A stretch of DNA of 64,000 nt, taken from positions 1 through 64,000 of the forward strand of contig CAXTIG010000012.1 of the NCBI GenBank assembly GCA_964244295.1. The letters are read 5' to 3'. Shown piece by piece: positions 9,288 to 17,995 of the stretch. The notes beneath the pieces are model-generated. The model had not been told where the DNA came from, did no database searches, and saw only the letters and a program-made list of their open reading frames with translations. A program made the translations under genes and the position numbers. This DNA comes from an uncultured Cytophagales bacterium (GTDB taxonomy: Bacteria; Bacteroidota; Bacteroidia; Cytophagales; Spirosomataceae). The first letter of the stretch is position 1, and each line of letters opens with the position of its first letter.

Positions 9288-9345
9288 GCCAGCCCCGACC
9301 CACCGCGTTCTACGCCAGGGTCGGGGTTTGTTTTTGACCTTCCCC
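9288..9345 (+). terminator. rho-independent terminator after the DUF2442 gene
   Basis: Stem ccccgaccc ... gggtcgggg, then tttgttttt. Confidence 0.55.
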
Positions 9346-9353
9346 GCGTAGTT

Positions 9354-10622
9354 TCACTCCACCCCCAGCGCCGCCACCGCAAACCCATCGATCACCCACA
9401 GCATCGCCGGAATTTCCCGCCTTTTCCCCGCCACCACTTTTAAAAATGTGTAGCTCAGAAAACCCCAGATAATGCCCTGCGTGATGGAGTAGGTAAACGG
9501 AATCAACACCATTGCCAGAAAGGCCGGAATCGCCTCGTCGAGCTGCGACCAGTCGATTTTCAGCATGGGTTTCACCAGGAAAACTCCCACCAGCACCAAC
9601 GCCGGCGCCGTGGCAACGGCCGGAATTGTGCTCAACAGCGGCGACAAAAACAGGCAGGGCAAAAACAGCAACGCCGCCACCACCGCCGTCCGGCCGCTGC
9701 GTCCGCCCGCCTCGATGCCCACGGCGCTTTCGATGTAGGCCGTGCCGGGGCTGCTGCCCACCAGTCCGGCTCCCAGCGTGGCGAAGGCATCGGTCAGGAG
9801 CGATTCGCGGACGTGGCGCGGCTCGCCGTTTTCGTCCACCAGCCCCGACGCCTCGGCCAGCCCGACGAAGGTGCTCAGGCTGTCGAACAAATCGGTGAAG
9901 ACGAAGGCAAAAATTACTGGCACCAATGCCCAGCGCAGCGAGCCGACGAAATCGAGGGCGAACAGCAGGCTGAAATCGGGGGCGGCAAAGGCTCCGTTCC
10001 AGGCCACGAGCGGTTCCGTGCCCCAGGCCCGACCCAGCGTCGCGGCCAGCGCCGTCGTTCCCAGAATGCCAATCAACACCGCCCCCGGCACCCGCCGTAG
10101 GATGAGCGCCGCAGTCAGCGCCAGCCCCGCTACGAACACCAGCAACGGCGGGCTGACCTTCGCAAACGTGACCAGCGTAGCCGGGCTGGCGACCACGAAC
10201 CGGGCATTTTCCAGACCAATCAGCGTGATGAACAAGCCGATACCCGCCGCAATCGCGTAGCGCAAGGAGCGCGGAATGGCCCGCAGGAGCAACGTTCGTA
10301 CGTTGAAAAGCGACAACCCTAAAAAGACCACCCCCGCCCAGAACACCGCGCCGAGTGCCACCGGGTAAGGCACGTTCATGCCCTTCACGACCGTGAAGGT
10401 AAAAAACGCGTTCAGTCCCATCCCCGGCGCGACCACGATGGGGTTTCGAGCGTACAGCCCCATCATCAGACTCCCGAAAAAACAGACCAGCACCGTGGCC
10501 GTCAGCGCGGCGGAAAACGGCATTCCCGCCTGACTTAAAATTGTGGGATTGACCACGACGATGTAGGCCGTGGCTAAAAAACTGGAGACGCCGGCAAGAA
10601 TTTCAGTGCGGGTATGAGACAT
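9354..10622 (-). CDS. NCS2-family purine permease (AzgA/PbuG-like adenine/guanine/hypoxanthine transporter)
   Basis: 422 aa polytopic membrane protein. TEILAGVSSFLATAYIVVVNPTIL and the overall pattern are typical of AzgA-like NCS2 permeases. Confidence 0.75.
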   Translation of the reverse strand: MSHTRTEILAGVSSFLATAYIVVVNPTILSQAGMPFSAALTATVLVCFFGSLMMGLYARNPIVVAPGMGLNAFFTFTVVKGMNVPYPVALGAVFWAGVVFLGLSLFNVRTLLLRAIPRSLRYAIAAGIGLFITLIGLENARFVVASPATLVTFAKVSPPLLVFVAGLALTAALILRRVPGAVLIGILGTTALAATLGRAWGTEPLVAWNGAFAAPDFSLLFALDFVGSLRWALVPVIFAFVFTDLFDSLSTFVGLAEASGLVDENGEPRHVRESLLTDAFATLGAGLVGSSPGTAYIESAVGIEAGGRSGRTAVVAALLFLPCLFLSPLLSTIPAVATAPALVLVGVFLVKPMLKIDWSQLDEAIPAFLAMVLIPFTYSITQGIIWGFLSYTFLKVVAGKRREIPAMLWVIDGFAVAALGVE

Positions 10623-10724
10623 GGGTGGGTCGGAATTTTAGCCGCAACCTACGCTCTGCGCTCGGAAAACCCTGAATTGGTGGAGCTTTTGACTTTCAAA
10701 CGGGAGTGGTGCTATCTTTCCGGC

Positions 10725-11156
10725 ATGAATCTACGTGCGTTTCTGGTGGTCGGCAGTTTCCTGCTTTTGCGTCCCGTGGGTGGTCAGGCCCAAACCCTGG
10801 CGCGTCACTGGAGTTTTGCCGGAATGCGGGTGGATACCAGCGGGATGGACGGCCTCCAAAAAAACCTAATGACGCTCATGCGCGAAGGGCTGCAAGGCTC
10901 GGCGATGAACCTCAAAGTAGATGGCCGCTACGAAGCGGTTTCCAAAAATGGTACGGGTACGATGCAGACCGAAACCGGCACCTGGCGCTACGATTCGGCG
11001 GCGAAAACCTTGCTCATCACCACCGACGGCGCGCAGGCCGGATCTTCGCGTACGCAGACATTGCCCGTCGTCTCGGTGAGTGCTGAAGCGCTCGTGTTTA
11101 CACCCCCGGTGGGCAGTGCACCGGTGCCGATTGAGTTTGTTTATAAACCTCGTTGA
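10725..11156 (+). CDS. hypothetical secreted protein (lipocalin-like size)
   Basis: ORF trimmed to MNLRAFLVVGSFLLLRPVGGQAQ signal peptide. No recognisable catalytic motif. Confidence 0.45.
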   Translation: MNLRAFLVVGSFLLLRPVGGQAQTLARHWSFAGMRVDTSGMDGLQKNLMTLMREGLQGSAMNLKVDGRYEAVSKNGTGTMQTETGTWRYDSAAKTLLITTDGAQAGSSRTQTLPVVSVSAEALVFTPPVGSAPVPIEFVYKPR

Positions 11157-11184
11157 ACCTATTTTCAAAGAAAACTCCGAACCC

Positions 11185-11850
11185 ATGAACAGCGATCTGT
11201 TTGGAAACGTCGATGCCTACATCGCCCGGCTGCTGGTCGAGCCGGACGATGCGTTGGAGGCAGTAGAGAAATCAATCGACGCAGCGGGCATTCCACAAAT
11301 CAGCGTGACGGCCAACCAGGGGAAGTTTCTCCAGGTGCTGGCCCGTTCGGTGAGGGCTAAAAAAATCCTTGAAATTGGCACGCTGGGCGGGTACAGCACG
11401 ATTTGGATGGCCCGCGCCCTGCCCGCCGACGGGCGGCTGATTACCCTGGAATTTGAGCCAAAACACGCCGAGGTGGCACGGGGAAACTTCGTCCGGGCGG
11501 GGCTGGATTCCCAAATCGAAATCCGCCTCGGCAAGGCCCTCGACGTGCTGCCCGTCCTCGACGCGGAGGGAGCCGGGCCGTTCGACTTTATTTTCATCGA
11601 TGCCGACAAGCCGCCGTACCCGGAATACTTCGAGTGGGCCTTAAAACTTTCCCGCCCCGGCACACTCATCGTGGCCGACAACGTGATTCGCGGGGGGCGG
11701 GTCCTCGACCCCGATTCGACCGACGAAAATGTGCGCGGCGTGCGACGCCTCAACGCGATGTTGGCCGGAAATGCCGCCGTGACGGCGACAATTATCCAAA
11801 CCGTCGGGGCGAAGGAACACGACGGGATGGTGCTGGCGGTGGTGAATTGA
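11185..11850 (+). CDS. class I SAM-dependent O-methyltransferase (family 3, caffeoyl-CoA OMT/YrrM-like)
   Basis: ORF trimmed to MNSDLFGNV. SAM-binding motif LEIGTLGGYSTIWMA and FDFIFIDADK are typical of the O-MT family 3. Confidence 0.75.
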   Translation: MNSDLFGNVDAYIARLLVEPDDALEAVEKSIDAAGIPQISVTANQGKFLQVLARSVRAKKILEIGTLGGYSTIWMARALPADGRLITLEFEPKHAEVARGNFVRAGLDSQIEIRLGKALDVLPVLDAEGAGPFDFIFIDADKPPYPEYFEWALKLSRPGTLIVADNVIRGGRVLDPDSTDENVRGVRRLNAMLAGNAAVTATIIQTVGAKEHDGMVLAVVN

Positions 11851-11903
11851 AGACCTCAGACATTCAATTTAGTAAGTCAAAAGAATTTTATTAACCAACT
11901 CTC

Positions 11904-12275
11904 ATGGGACACCGTAAACACATTATCGTAAATCTTAGCAGGCAAACGCTCACGGCTTACGAGGGATCACAAATCGTTTACAACTTTGACTGTGCCACTG
12001 GCGATAGGGACAACCCAACTCCCAGAGGTATTTTTAGCATTAATCGTAAGCACAGGGATTATGTGAGTCGCCAATTCAATCGAAGCATGGATTACGCCAT
12101 GTTTTTCAACCAAGGAATAGCCATTCATGAGTCTCATGTGGTTACTCCAATGTCGTACGCAAAATCGTTTGGACTTGACTACTTCGGCTCGCACGGATGC
12201 GTCCGACTGAGTGGGTCCGATGCGAAAAAACTATTTGACTGGGCACCGGTTGGTACGATGGTCGAAGTGCAGTAG
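11904..12275 (+). CDS. L,D-transpeptidase catalytic-domain (YkuD) protein, no signal peptide evident
   Basis: 123 aa. Catalytic motif GSHGCVRL, which is the HGC of YkuD domains. Local GC is visibly lower than in neighbours. Confidence 0.65.
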   Translation: MGHRKHIIVNLSRQTLTAYEGSQIVYNFDCATGDRDNPTPRGIFSINRKHRDYVSRQFNRSMDYAMFFNQGIAIHESHVVTPMSYAKSFGLDYFGSHGCVRLSGSDAKKLFDWAPVGTMVEVQ

Positions 12276-12318
12276 AGAATTAAGTAATCGAAACGTGGCG
12301 AAAAAAGTAGTTTCCAAC

Positions 12319-13176
12319 TCACTGCAACTCCGCATCCTCCCGGCTGTTGAACGTATCCCCCTGACTCAAATCCCCCGATTTAAAGCCCTTCGTAAACCAG
12401 TACACGCGCTGCTTTGAGGTGCCGTGCGTGAAGGCGTCGGGTACGACGGTGCCCTGGGTTTCCCGCTGAATCCGGTCGTCGCCGATGGCATTGGCCGCCG
12501 TCAGGGCGCTTTCGATGTCGCCCTGTTCCAGGATGTTGGCCATTTTCTGCGCGTGGTGCGCCCAGACCCCGGCGTAAAAATCGGCCTGCAATTCGAGCCG
12601 CACCGAGAGGCGGTTGTTTTCCCGCTGGTTCAACTGACCCCGCAGGCCATCCACTTTCCCCAACACCCCCATCTGGTTCTGGACGTGGTGGCCAATTTCG
12701 TGGGCAATCACGTAGGCCATCGCAAAGTCGCCGGGGGCGTTGAAGCGCTCCTTGAGGTCGTCGTAAAACGAGAGGTCGATGTACACCCTCTGGTCGACGG
12801 GGCAGTAAAACGGCCCGGAGGCCGAGGAGGCATTGCCACAGCCCGATTGGGTCACGCCCCGGAAGAGCACAAGCGTGGGTTTGCGGTACTGGCTGCCCTG
12901 GTCAGCAAAGAGTTTTGCCCACACGTCTTCGGTGTCGGCCAGCACCACTTTCGTGAAACTGGCGGCCTGGTCGTCGGCTTGCTGGTTGGCGGGGGCCTCC
13001 ACCGCCGAGGGACCAGAAGCGGACTGGTTCAAAATTTCCGAGGGATCGCCCCCAAGCAGGGTAACGATGATGGCGATGATGACGGTGCCGATGCCCCCGC
13101 CAATCAGTTTGCCGCCGGTGCTCATTCCCCGGCGGTCTTCCACGTTGTCGCTTTCGCGTCTGCCTAACCAGCGCAT
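12319..13176 (-). CDS. neutral zinc metallopeptidase (YpfJ-like, HExxH)
   Basis: 285 aa. N-terminal TM (GKLIGGGIGTVIIAIIVTLLGG), HEIGHHVQ zinc motif and CPVDQRVYIDLSF region typical of the YpfJ family. Confidence 0.7.
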   Translation of the reverse strand: MRWLGRRESDNVEDRRGMSTGGKLIGGGIGTVIIAIIVTLLGGDPSEILNQSASGPSAVEAPANQQADDQAASFTKVVLADTEDVWAKLFADQGSQYRKPTLVLFRGVTQSGCGNASSASGPFYCPVDQRVYIDLSFYDDLKERFNAPGDFAMAYVIAHEIGHHVQNQMGVLGKVDGLRGQLNQRENNRLSVRLELQADFYAGVWAHHAQKMANILEQGDIESALTAANAIGDDRIQRETQGTVVPDAFTHGTSKQRVYWFTKGFKSGDLSQGDTFNSREDAELQ

Positions 13177-13310
13177 GGTATTTTGGATTTAAGGGTTTCG
13201 GTGCGTTGAATCGTTCGGCAAGATGGGCCTTTCCCGGCAAAATCGAATCTTCTTTGTACTAACTTGGCACCCGCATTCCAATTCACGTACACCTCTAAAC
13301 CCCACGTCGT

Positions 13311-14006
13311 ATGCAGTTCGTAGCAACCTCAAAGAAAAGTCGATTCGGCCTTTTTGCAAAAATCGGTGCCAGCGCCCTCGTCTTCGCGCTCTTCCTCAAC
13401 TTTTTCTCCGCTCCCCGGTCCACTCCGAAGCTTGACGAGGGTTGGGTTAAAATCTTCGACGGAAAAACCATGACGGGTTGGAAAGCCGCCGAAAACCCCG
13501 CCACGTTCAGCATTCAGGACGGGGCCATCGTGGTATTCGGACCCCGTGCGCACTTGTTCTACGATGGGCCGGTAGGCAACCACGACTTCAAAAACTTCGA
13601 GTTTAAAGCCACCGTGAAAACCGGCCCCGGTGCCAATTCGGGGATGTTCATCCACACCGCCTACCAGGATACCGGCTGGCCCGCCAAAGGCTACGAAATT
13701 CAGGTGAACCAAACCCACGGCGACTGGCGCAAAACCGGCAGCGTGTACGCCTTGCAGGACGTGAAGGAGGTGTTCGTGAAAGACGACGAGTGGTACACCG
13801 AGCACATCATCGTGCAGGGGAAAAAGGTGACGATCAAGGTGAACGATAAAATCATCAACGAATACACCGAACCCGATGACCTCGCCGACCGCACCGGCGG
13901 CAACGCCCAAAAACGCCTCAGCCGGGGTACCGTCGCTCTGCAAGGCCACGATCCCAAAAGTCGGGTCGAATTTAAAGACGTGATGATCAAGGTATTGCCA
14001 GACTGA
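13311..14006 (+). CDS. DUF1080 (3-keto-disaccharide hydrolase-like) domain protein, secreted
   Basis: Signal peptide. WVKIFDGKTMTGWKAAENPATFSIQDGAIV ... ALQGHDPKSRVEFKDVMIK is the classic DUF1080 / LamG-like signature. Confidence 0.75.
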   Translation: MQFVATSKKSRFGLFAKIGASALVFALFLNFFSAPRSTPKLDEGWVKIFDGKTMTGWKAAENPATFSIQDGAIVVFGPRAHLFYDGPVGNHDFKNFEFKATVKTGPGANSGMFIHTAYQDTGWPAKGYEIQVNQTHGDWRKTGSVYALQDVKEVFVKDDEWYTEHIIVQGKKVTIKVNDKIINEYTEPDDLADRTGGNAQKRLSRGTVALQGHDPKSRVEFKDVMIKVLPD

Positions 14007-14096
14007 TTTTCAGCCGACACCCATTTGGTTTCAAAAAAGAGCGGCAACCGAGCCGCTCTTTTTCAGCTTGCTGCTTCATCAACCAAACCTTCCCGC

Positions 14097-15296
14097 GTGA
14101 ATGTTCTCCGTCTCCTTCGGGTCCTGCTGCCCGTTGTCTTGCTCGTGAGTTTGCCGGCCTGCGTGGACCGCTACAACCCCGAATTGAACCTGAGCAAGGA
14201 ACTGCTCGTGATCGATGGCATCCTGACCGACCAGCCCGAACCGCAGCGAATTCGGCTCTACCGTTCGCGCTCCACCCAAAAGGTCACCGTCACGCAGCCC
14301 GCCGTGCAGAGCCGTACGGAGGTGGTCAACACGCCCGTGGCGAAAGCCCGGGTCGAGGTGGTGGTGAATGGCGGGGCGGTGCTAACGCTGCGCGAAACGG
14401 AGGCGGGCACCTACCAATTGCCCGAGGGCTTCCGGGGAAAACCCGGCGACCGCTACCAACTCCGGTTTCAAACCGCCGAGGGCGGATCCTACGAGTCGTC
14501 GGTGGAAACGATGACCGCCGCCCCGCCCATCGGGCGGGCCTACGACCAGTTTAACCCCCGGGGCGTTTCCAACGCGACCCAAACGGAGTCCATCCCCACC
14601 AACGACGTGTACGTCGATTTTCAGGACCCCGCCGCCGAGCGCAATTTTTACCTCTGGCGCTGGACTCAGTACGAATCGCAGGATTGGTGCGTCACCTGCC
14701 GCCAGGGATTGTACTACCTCACCGACACGGGCACCGGCCTGACAGGAGACTGCCGAAAAGTGGACAGCATCGACACGTTCAACGACTACGACTACACCTG
14801 CCTGGGCTTTTGCTGGGACATTTTTTACAGCCAGGGAATCAACATTTTCGCCGACGTGTACGCCAACGGTCGGCCCCAGGTGGGGCGGTTGGTGGCTCAG
14901 ATTCCGCTGTACCAGTCGAACGCTTGCCTGGTGGTGATTCAGCAGTACTCGCTCAGCGCCGATGCGTACCGGTACTACAAACTCCTCCAGGATCAGACCC
15001 AGAACACCGGCACCCTGGCCGATACGCCTCCCGCCCCCACGGCGGGCAACGTGCGCAACGTGGCCGACCCCAACGAAAGTGTAGTTGGGTATTTCTCGGC
15101 GTCGGCGGTGGCGCTCAACCGGTACTGGCTCGACCGGAAAAACACCACGGGCGGACGGCGCGACGGGCTTTTTTATTCGATAAAACGACGCCTGCCGGTG
15201 GAAGAACCGCCCCTGCTGTACCGGGCGGCCCGGCCTTCGTCGGTGTGTATGCCCAGCCGCACCCGTACCCCTGACCGGCCACTAGGCTGGCAATAA
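14097..15296 (+). CDS. DUF4249 family lipoprotein
   Basis: ORF 14025..15296. Likely GTG start gives VNVLRLLRVLLPVVLLVSLPAC (lipobox Cys). ELLVIDGILTDQPEPQRIRL is characteristic of DUF4249. Adjacent to a TonB-dependent receptor, as is usual for this family. Confidence 0.65.
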   Translation: MNVLRLLRVLLPVVLLVSLPACVDRYNPELNLSKELLVIDGILTDQPEPQRIRLYRSRSTQKVTVTQPAVQSRTEVVNTPVAKARVEVVVNGGAVLTLRETEAGTYQLPEGFRGKPGDRYQLRFQTAEGGSYESSVETMTAAPPIGRAYDQFNPRGVSNATQTESIPTNDVYVDFQDPAAERNFYLWRWTQYESQDWCVTCRQGLYYLTDTGTGLTGDCRKVDSIDTFNDYDYTCLGFCWDIFYSQGINIFADVYANGRPQVGRLVAQIPLYQSNACLVVIQQYSLSADAYRYYKLLQDQTQNTGTLADTPPAPTAGNVRNVADPNESVVGYFSASAVALNRYWLDRKNTTGGRRDGLFYSIKRRLPVEEPPLLYRAARPSSVCMPSRTRTPDRPLGWQ

Positions 15297-15311
15297 ACTG
15301 ACTGGTTTGCC

Positions 15312-17708
15312 ATGAACCGATTTTTCGGAATCCTACTAGTTTTTGGGTTGAGCATCGGACTGTCGCAGGCCCAGAAAGTCACCCTTCGGGGCACCGTGCG
15401 TGACTCCACCGACCAACGCCCGTTGGCCGGTGCCAGCGTGATCATCGACCGGCAGAAGCGGCTCACCAGCACCGCCACCGATGCCAACGGGCGGTACGCC
15501 ATCGACTTGCCCCCCGGCGAGCACACGCTCATCGTGCGGTTTGTGGGCTACGTGCCCGCACGGCAGGTACTCACGCTGAGCGGCGCGGAACGGGTAGCCG
15601 ACGTGCGCCTCCGAACGGTAGCGAGTCAGTTGGAAGAAGTGGTGGTGACCAGCAAGGGTTTCGACCGCACCATCCGGCAGCCGCTGTTGGGCGTGAGTCA
15701 GATCAACATCGCCACGCTCAAAAAACTGCCTTCGGCCCTGGGCGAGGTAGATCTGCTGCGGGGTCTGCAAATGCTGCCCGGCGTGACCAGCGTGGGCGAA
15801 GCCGCCAACGGGGTAAACATCCGGGGCGGCACCACCGACCAAAACCTGATGCTGCTCGATGAAACGCCCATTTTCAATCCCACCCACATGTTCGGTTTGT
15901 TTTCGGTGTTCCCGCCCGACGCCATGAGCAGCCTCGATTTGTACAAAGGCAACGTGCCCGCCCGCTACGGGGGCCGGGCCGCCTCGGTGCTCGACGTGTC
16001 GCTGCGTAACCCCAGTCTGGAAAAATTCGGCTTGTCGGGCGGCATCAGCCTGGTGTCGAATCGCTTGACGGTCGACGCGCCGCTGGTGAAAGACAAACTC
16101 GGCCTGCTGGTGTCGGGGCGGGGGGCGTTCAATGATTTTCTGCTGCCGCTGGCCTCCAAACGCCTCGACAACATCAAAGCCAAATTTGGCGACGTGGTGC
16201 TGAAAACCTTCTGGCGGGTCAACGACCGCAACACCATCACGGCGATGGGCTACGGCAGCTACGATTTTTTCCAGACCGACCTGCTCGGCAACCTGCCCAA
16301 CGTCAACGGCACCGCCACCCAGTACGACCACCGGACTCTCAACGCGATGGTTCGCTGGTTTCACGTCATCAACCCGCGCCTCAACCTGCAAACCACCGCG
16401 CTGGTTTCGCAGTACCTGCCGCGCATTTTGTCGCCGGAGTTGAATACCGGCAACAAAATCGTGCTGCGCCAGTCGATTCTCCAGCGTCAGGTGAAATCGA
16501 ACATCAACTACCAATTGACGGACCAGAAAATCGAGGTGGGCATCAACGCCACGCATTACCGCATCGAGCCGGGAACCTTGCAACCCGGCCGCAGCCCAAG
16601 CGTGAATTTCGTGACCACACCCACCGAAAATGCCCTCGAACTGGCCCTGTACGCCGACGACGAAATGAGTCTCACGCCCAACCTGGCCCTGTCGGTGGGC
16701 TTGCGGTATTCGCGGTTTTTAGCGCTCGGGCCGGGGCTGGTGCGGCGCTACGCGGCGGGCGAAACCGTCGATGATTTTTCGGTGATCGACTCCACCCGCT
16801 ACGGCGCGGGACAGGTGACGAGCCAGTACGGAGGCTTCGAGCCGAGGTTGGGCGTTCGCTACAGCCTCGGCCCCGATGCGTCGGTAAAGTTTGGCTACAA
16901 CCTCATGCGGCAGTACCTCCAGGTGATCACCAACACCACCACGCCCCTGCCCACCTCGCGCTGGAAAACTTCCGATGCTAACATCCGGCCCCAGGTGAGT
17001 CACCTGCTTTCGGTGGGGTATTTTCGCAGCCTTAACCAAAATATCTACGAATTATCGCTGGAAACCTACTGGCGGGCCACCCAAAACGTGCTCGATTACA
17101 AGCCAGGGGCCGATTTTCTGCTCCAGCCGTATCCCGAAACGCAACTCCTCCAGGGCCGCAGCCAAGCCTACGGCCTGGAAGTGATGATGGCTAAGAAGAA
17201 AGGGGAACTCACGGGCTGGGTCAACTACACGTATTCGCGCATTTTCAACCAGGTCAATCAGGGCGCGGGCGTGCAGCAGCGCATCAACGGCGGCGAGTGG
17301 TACCGGGCCAACTACGACCGCCCGCACAGTTTCAACGCCAGCCTCAACATCAACGTCGACAAGCACAACAGTTTTTCCTGGACGGTGGCCTACAGCAGCG
17401 GGCGGCCCTACACCGCGCCCGAAGGGTACGTCACGTACCAGGAACAGCTTTACCCGTTTTACAACGAGCGCAACCAGCGCCGCATTCCCGACTACCACCG
17501 CCTCGATTTTTCCTGGAACATCTACAACCCTGGCATGAAAGACCGCCGCTGGCAGGGGCACTGGACGTTTACCGTCTACAATTTGTACGGGCGAAAAAAC
17601 GCGTATTCCGTCTTTTTTCGCCCCGAAGGTGGGATTATTCAGGCGTACAAACTCCAGATTTTCGCCGCTCCGATCGTGACGCTGTCGTATAATTTTGTGT
17701 TTAAGTGA
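15312..17708 (+). CDS. TonB-dependent receptor with N-terminal carboxypeptidase-regulatory-like domain
   Basis: 798 aa. Signal peptide, CarboxypepD_reg-like region (VTLRGTVRDSTDQRPLAGASVIID...NGRYAI), plug (NIRGGTTDQNLMLLDETPIFN) and beta-barrel ending in aromatic residue (F). Confidence 0.85.
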   Translation: MNRFFGILLVFGLSIGLSQAQKVTLRGTVRDSTDQRPLAGASVIIDRQKRLTSTATDANGRYAIDLPPGEHTLIVRFVGYVPARQVLTLSGAERVADVRLRTVASQLEEVVVTSKGFDRTIRQPLLGVSQINIATLKKLPSALGEVDLLRGLQMLPGVTSVGEAANGVNIRGGTTDQNLMLLDETPIFNPTHMFGLFSVFPPDAMSSLDLYKGNVPARYGGRAASVLDVSLRNPSLEKFGLSGGISLVSNRLTVDAPLVKDKLGLLVSGRGAFNDFLLPLASKRLDNIKAKFGDVVLKTFWRVNDRNTITAMGYGSYDFFQTDLLGNLPNVNGTATQYDHRTLNAMVRWFHVINPRLNLQTTALVSQYLPRILSPELNTGNKIVLRQSILQRQVKSNINYQLTDQKIEVGINATHYRIEPGTLQPGRSPSVNFVTTPTENALELALYADDEMSLTPNLALSVGLRYSRFLALGPGLVRRYAAGETVDDFSVIDSTRYGAGQVTSQYGGFEPRLGVRYSLGPDASVKFGYNLMRQYLQVITNTTTPLPTSRWKTSDANIRPQVSHLLSVGYFRSLNQNIYELSLETYWRATQNVLDYKPGADFLLQPYPETQLLQGRSQAYGLEVMMAKKKGELTGWVNYTYSRIFNQVNQGAGVQQRINGGEWYRANYDRPHSFNASLNINVDKHNSFSWTVAYSSGRPYTAPEGYVTYQEQLYPFYNERNQRRIPDYHRLDFSWNIYNPGMKDRRWQGHWTFTVYNLYGRKNAYSVFFRPEGGIIQAYKLQIFAAPIVTLSYNFVFK

Positions 17709-17730
17709 TTGATGTTGAAAAAAATAAACA

Positions 17731-17954
17731 CCCTTCACCGCGTCATTGCGAGCGAAGGGAGTTGAAACAAGCGAAGCGACGTTTCAACTCCCGGAGCGCG
17801 GCAATCCCCTACCGGAGACCAAAGGAGCGGTCGCCAAGTACTGTTCGTGCCTAAAAGCTATTTCGGCTACCGGCAGGGGATTGCCGCGCTCCGGGAGTTG
17901 AAACGTCGCTTCGCTTGTTTCAACTCCCTTCGCTCGCAATGACGCAGTGAAGGG
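17731..17954. repeat. 224-bp near-perfect palindrome (85-bp arms) with nested 12-bp-stem hairpins in each arm
   Basis: Left arm 17731-17815 and right arm 17870-17954 are reverse complements with 2 mismatches. Each arm contains gggagttgaaac...gtttcaactccc. Core gtcattgcgagcgaaggg. Confidence 0.8.
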
Positions 17955-17995
17955 AGGTTTCGCATCCGCACTAACGTTTGCAAAATCCCCCACTC

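Noticed and set aside
15336-16583. 415-aa ORF antisense to the TonB-dependent receptor gene
   Set aside because: No motifs; Arg/Val/Gly-rich antisense artefact of high GC. The receptor on the + strand is well supported.
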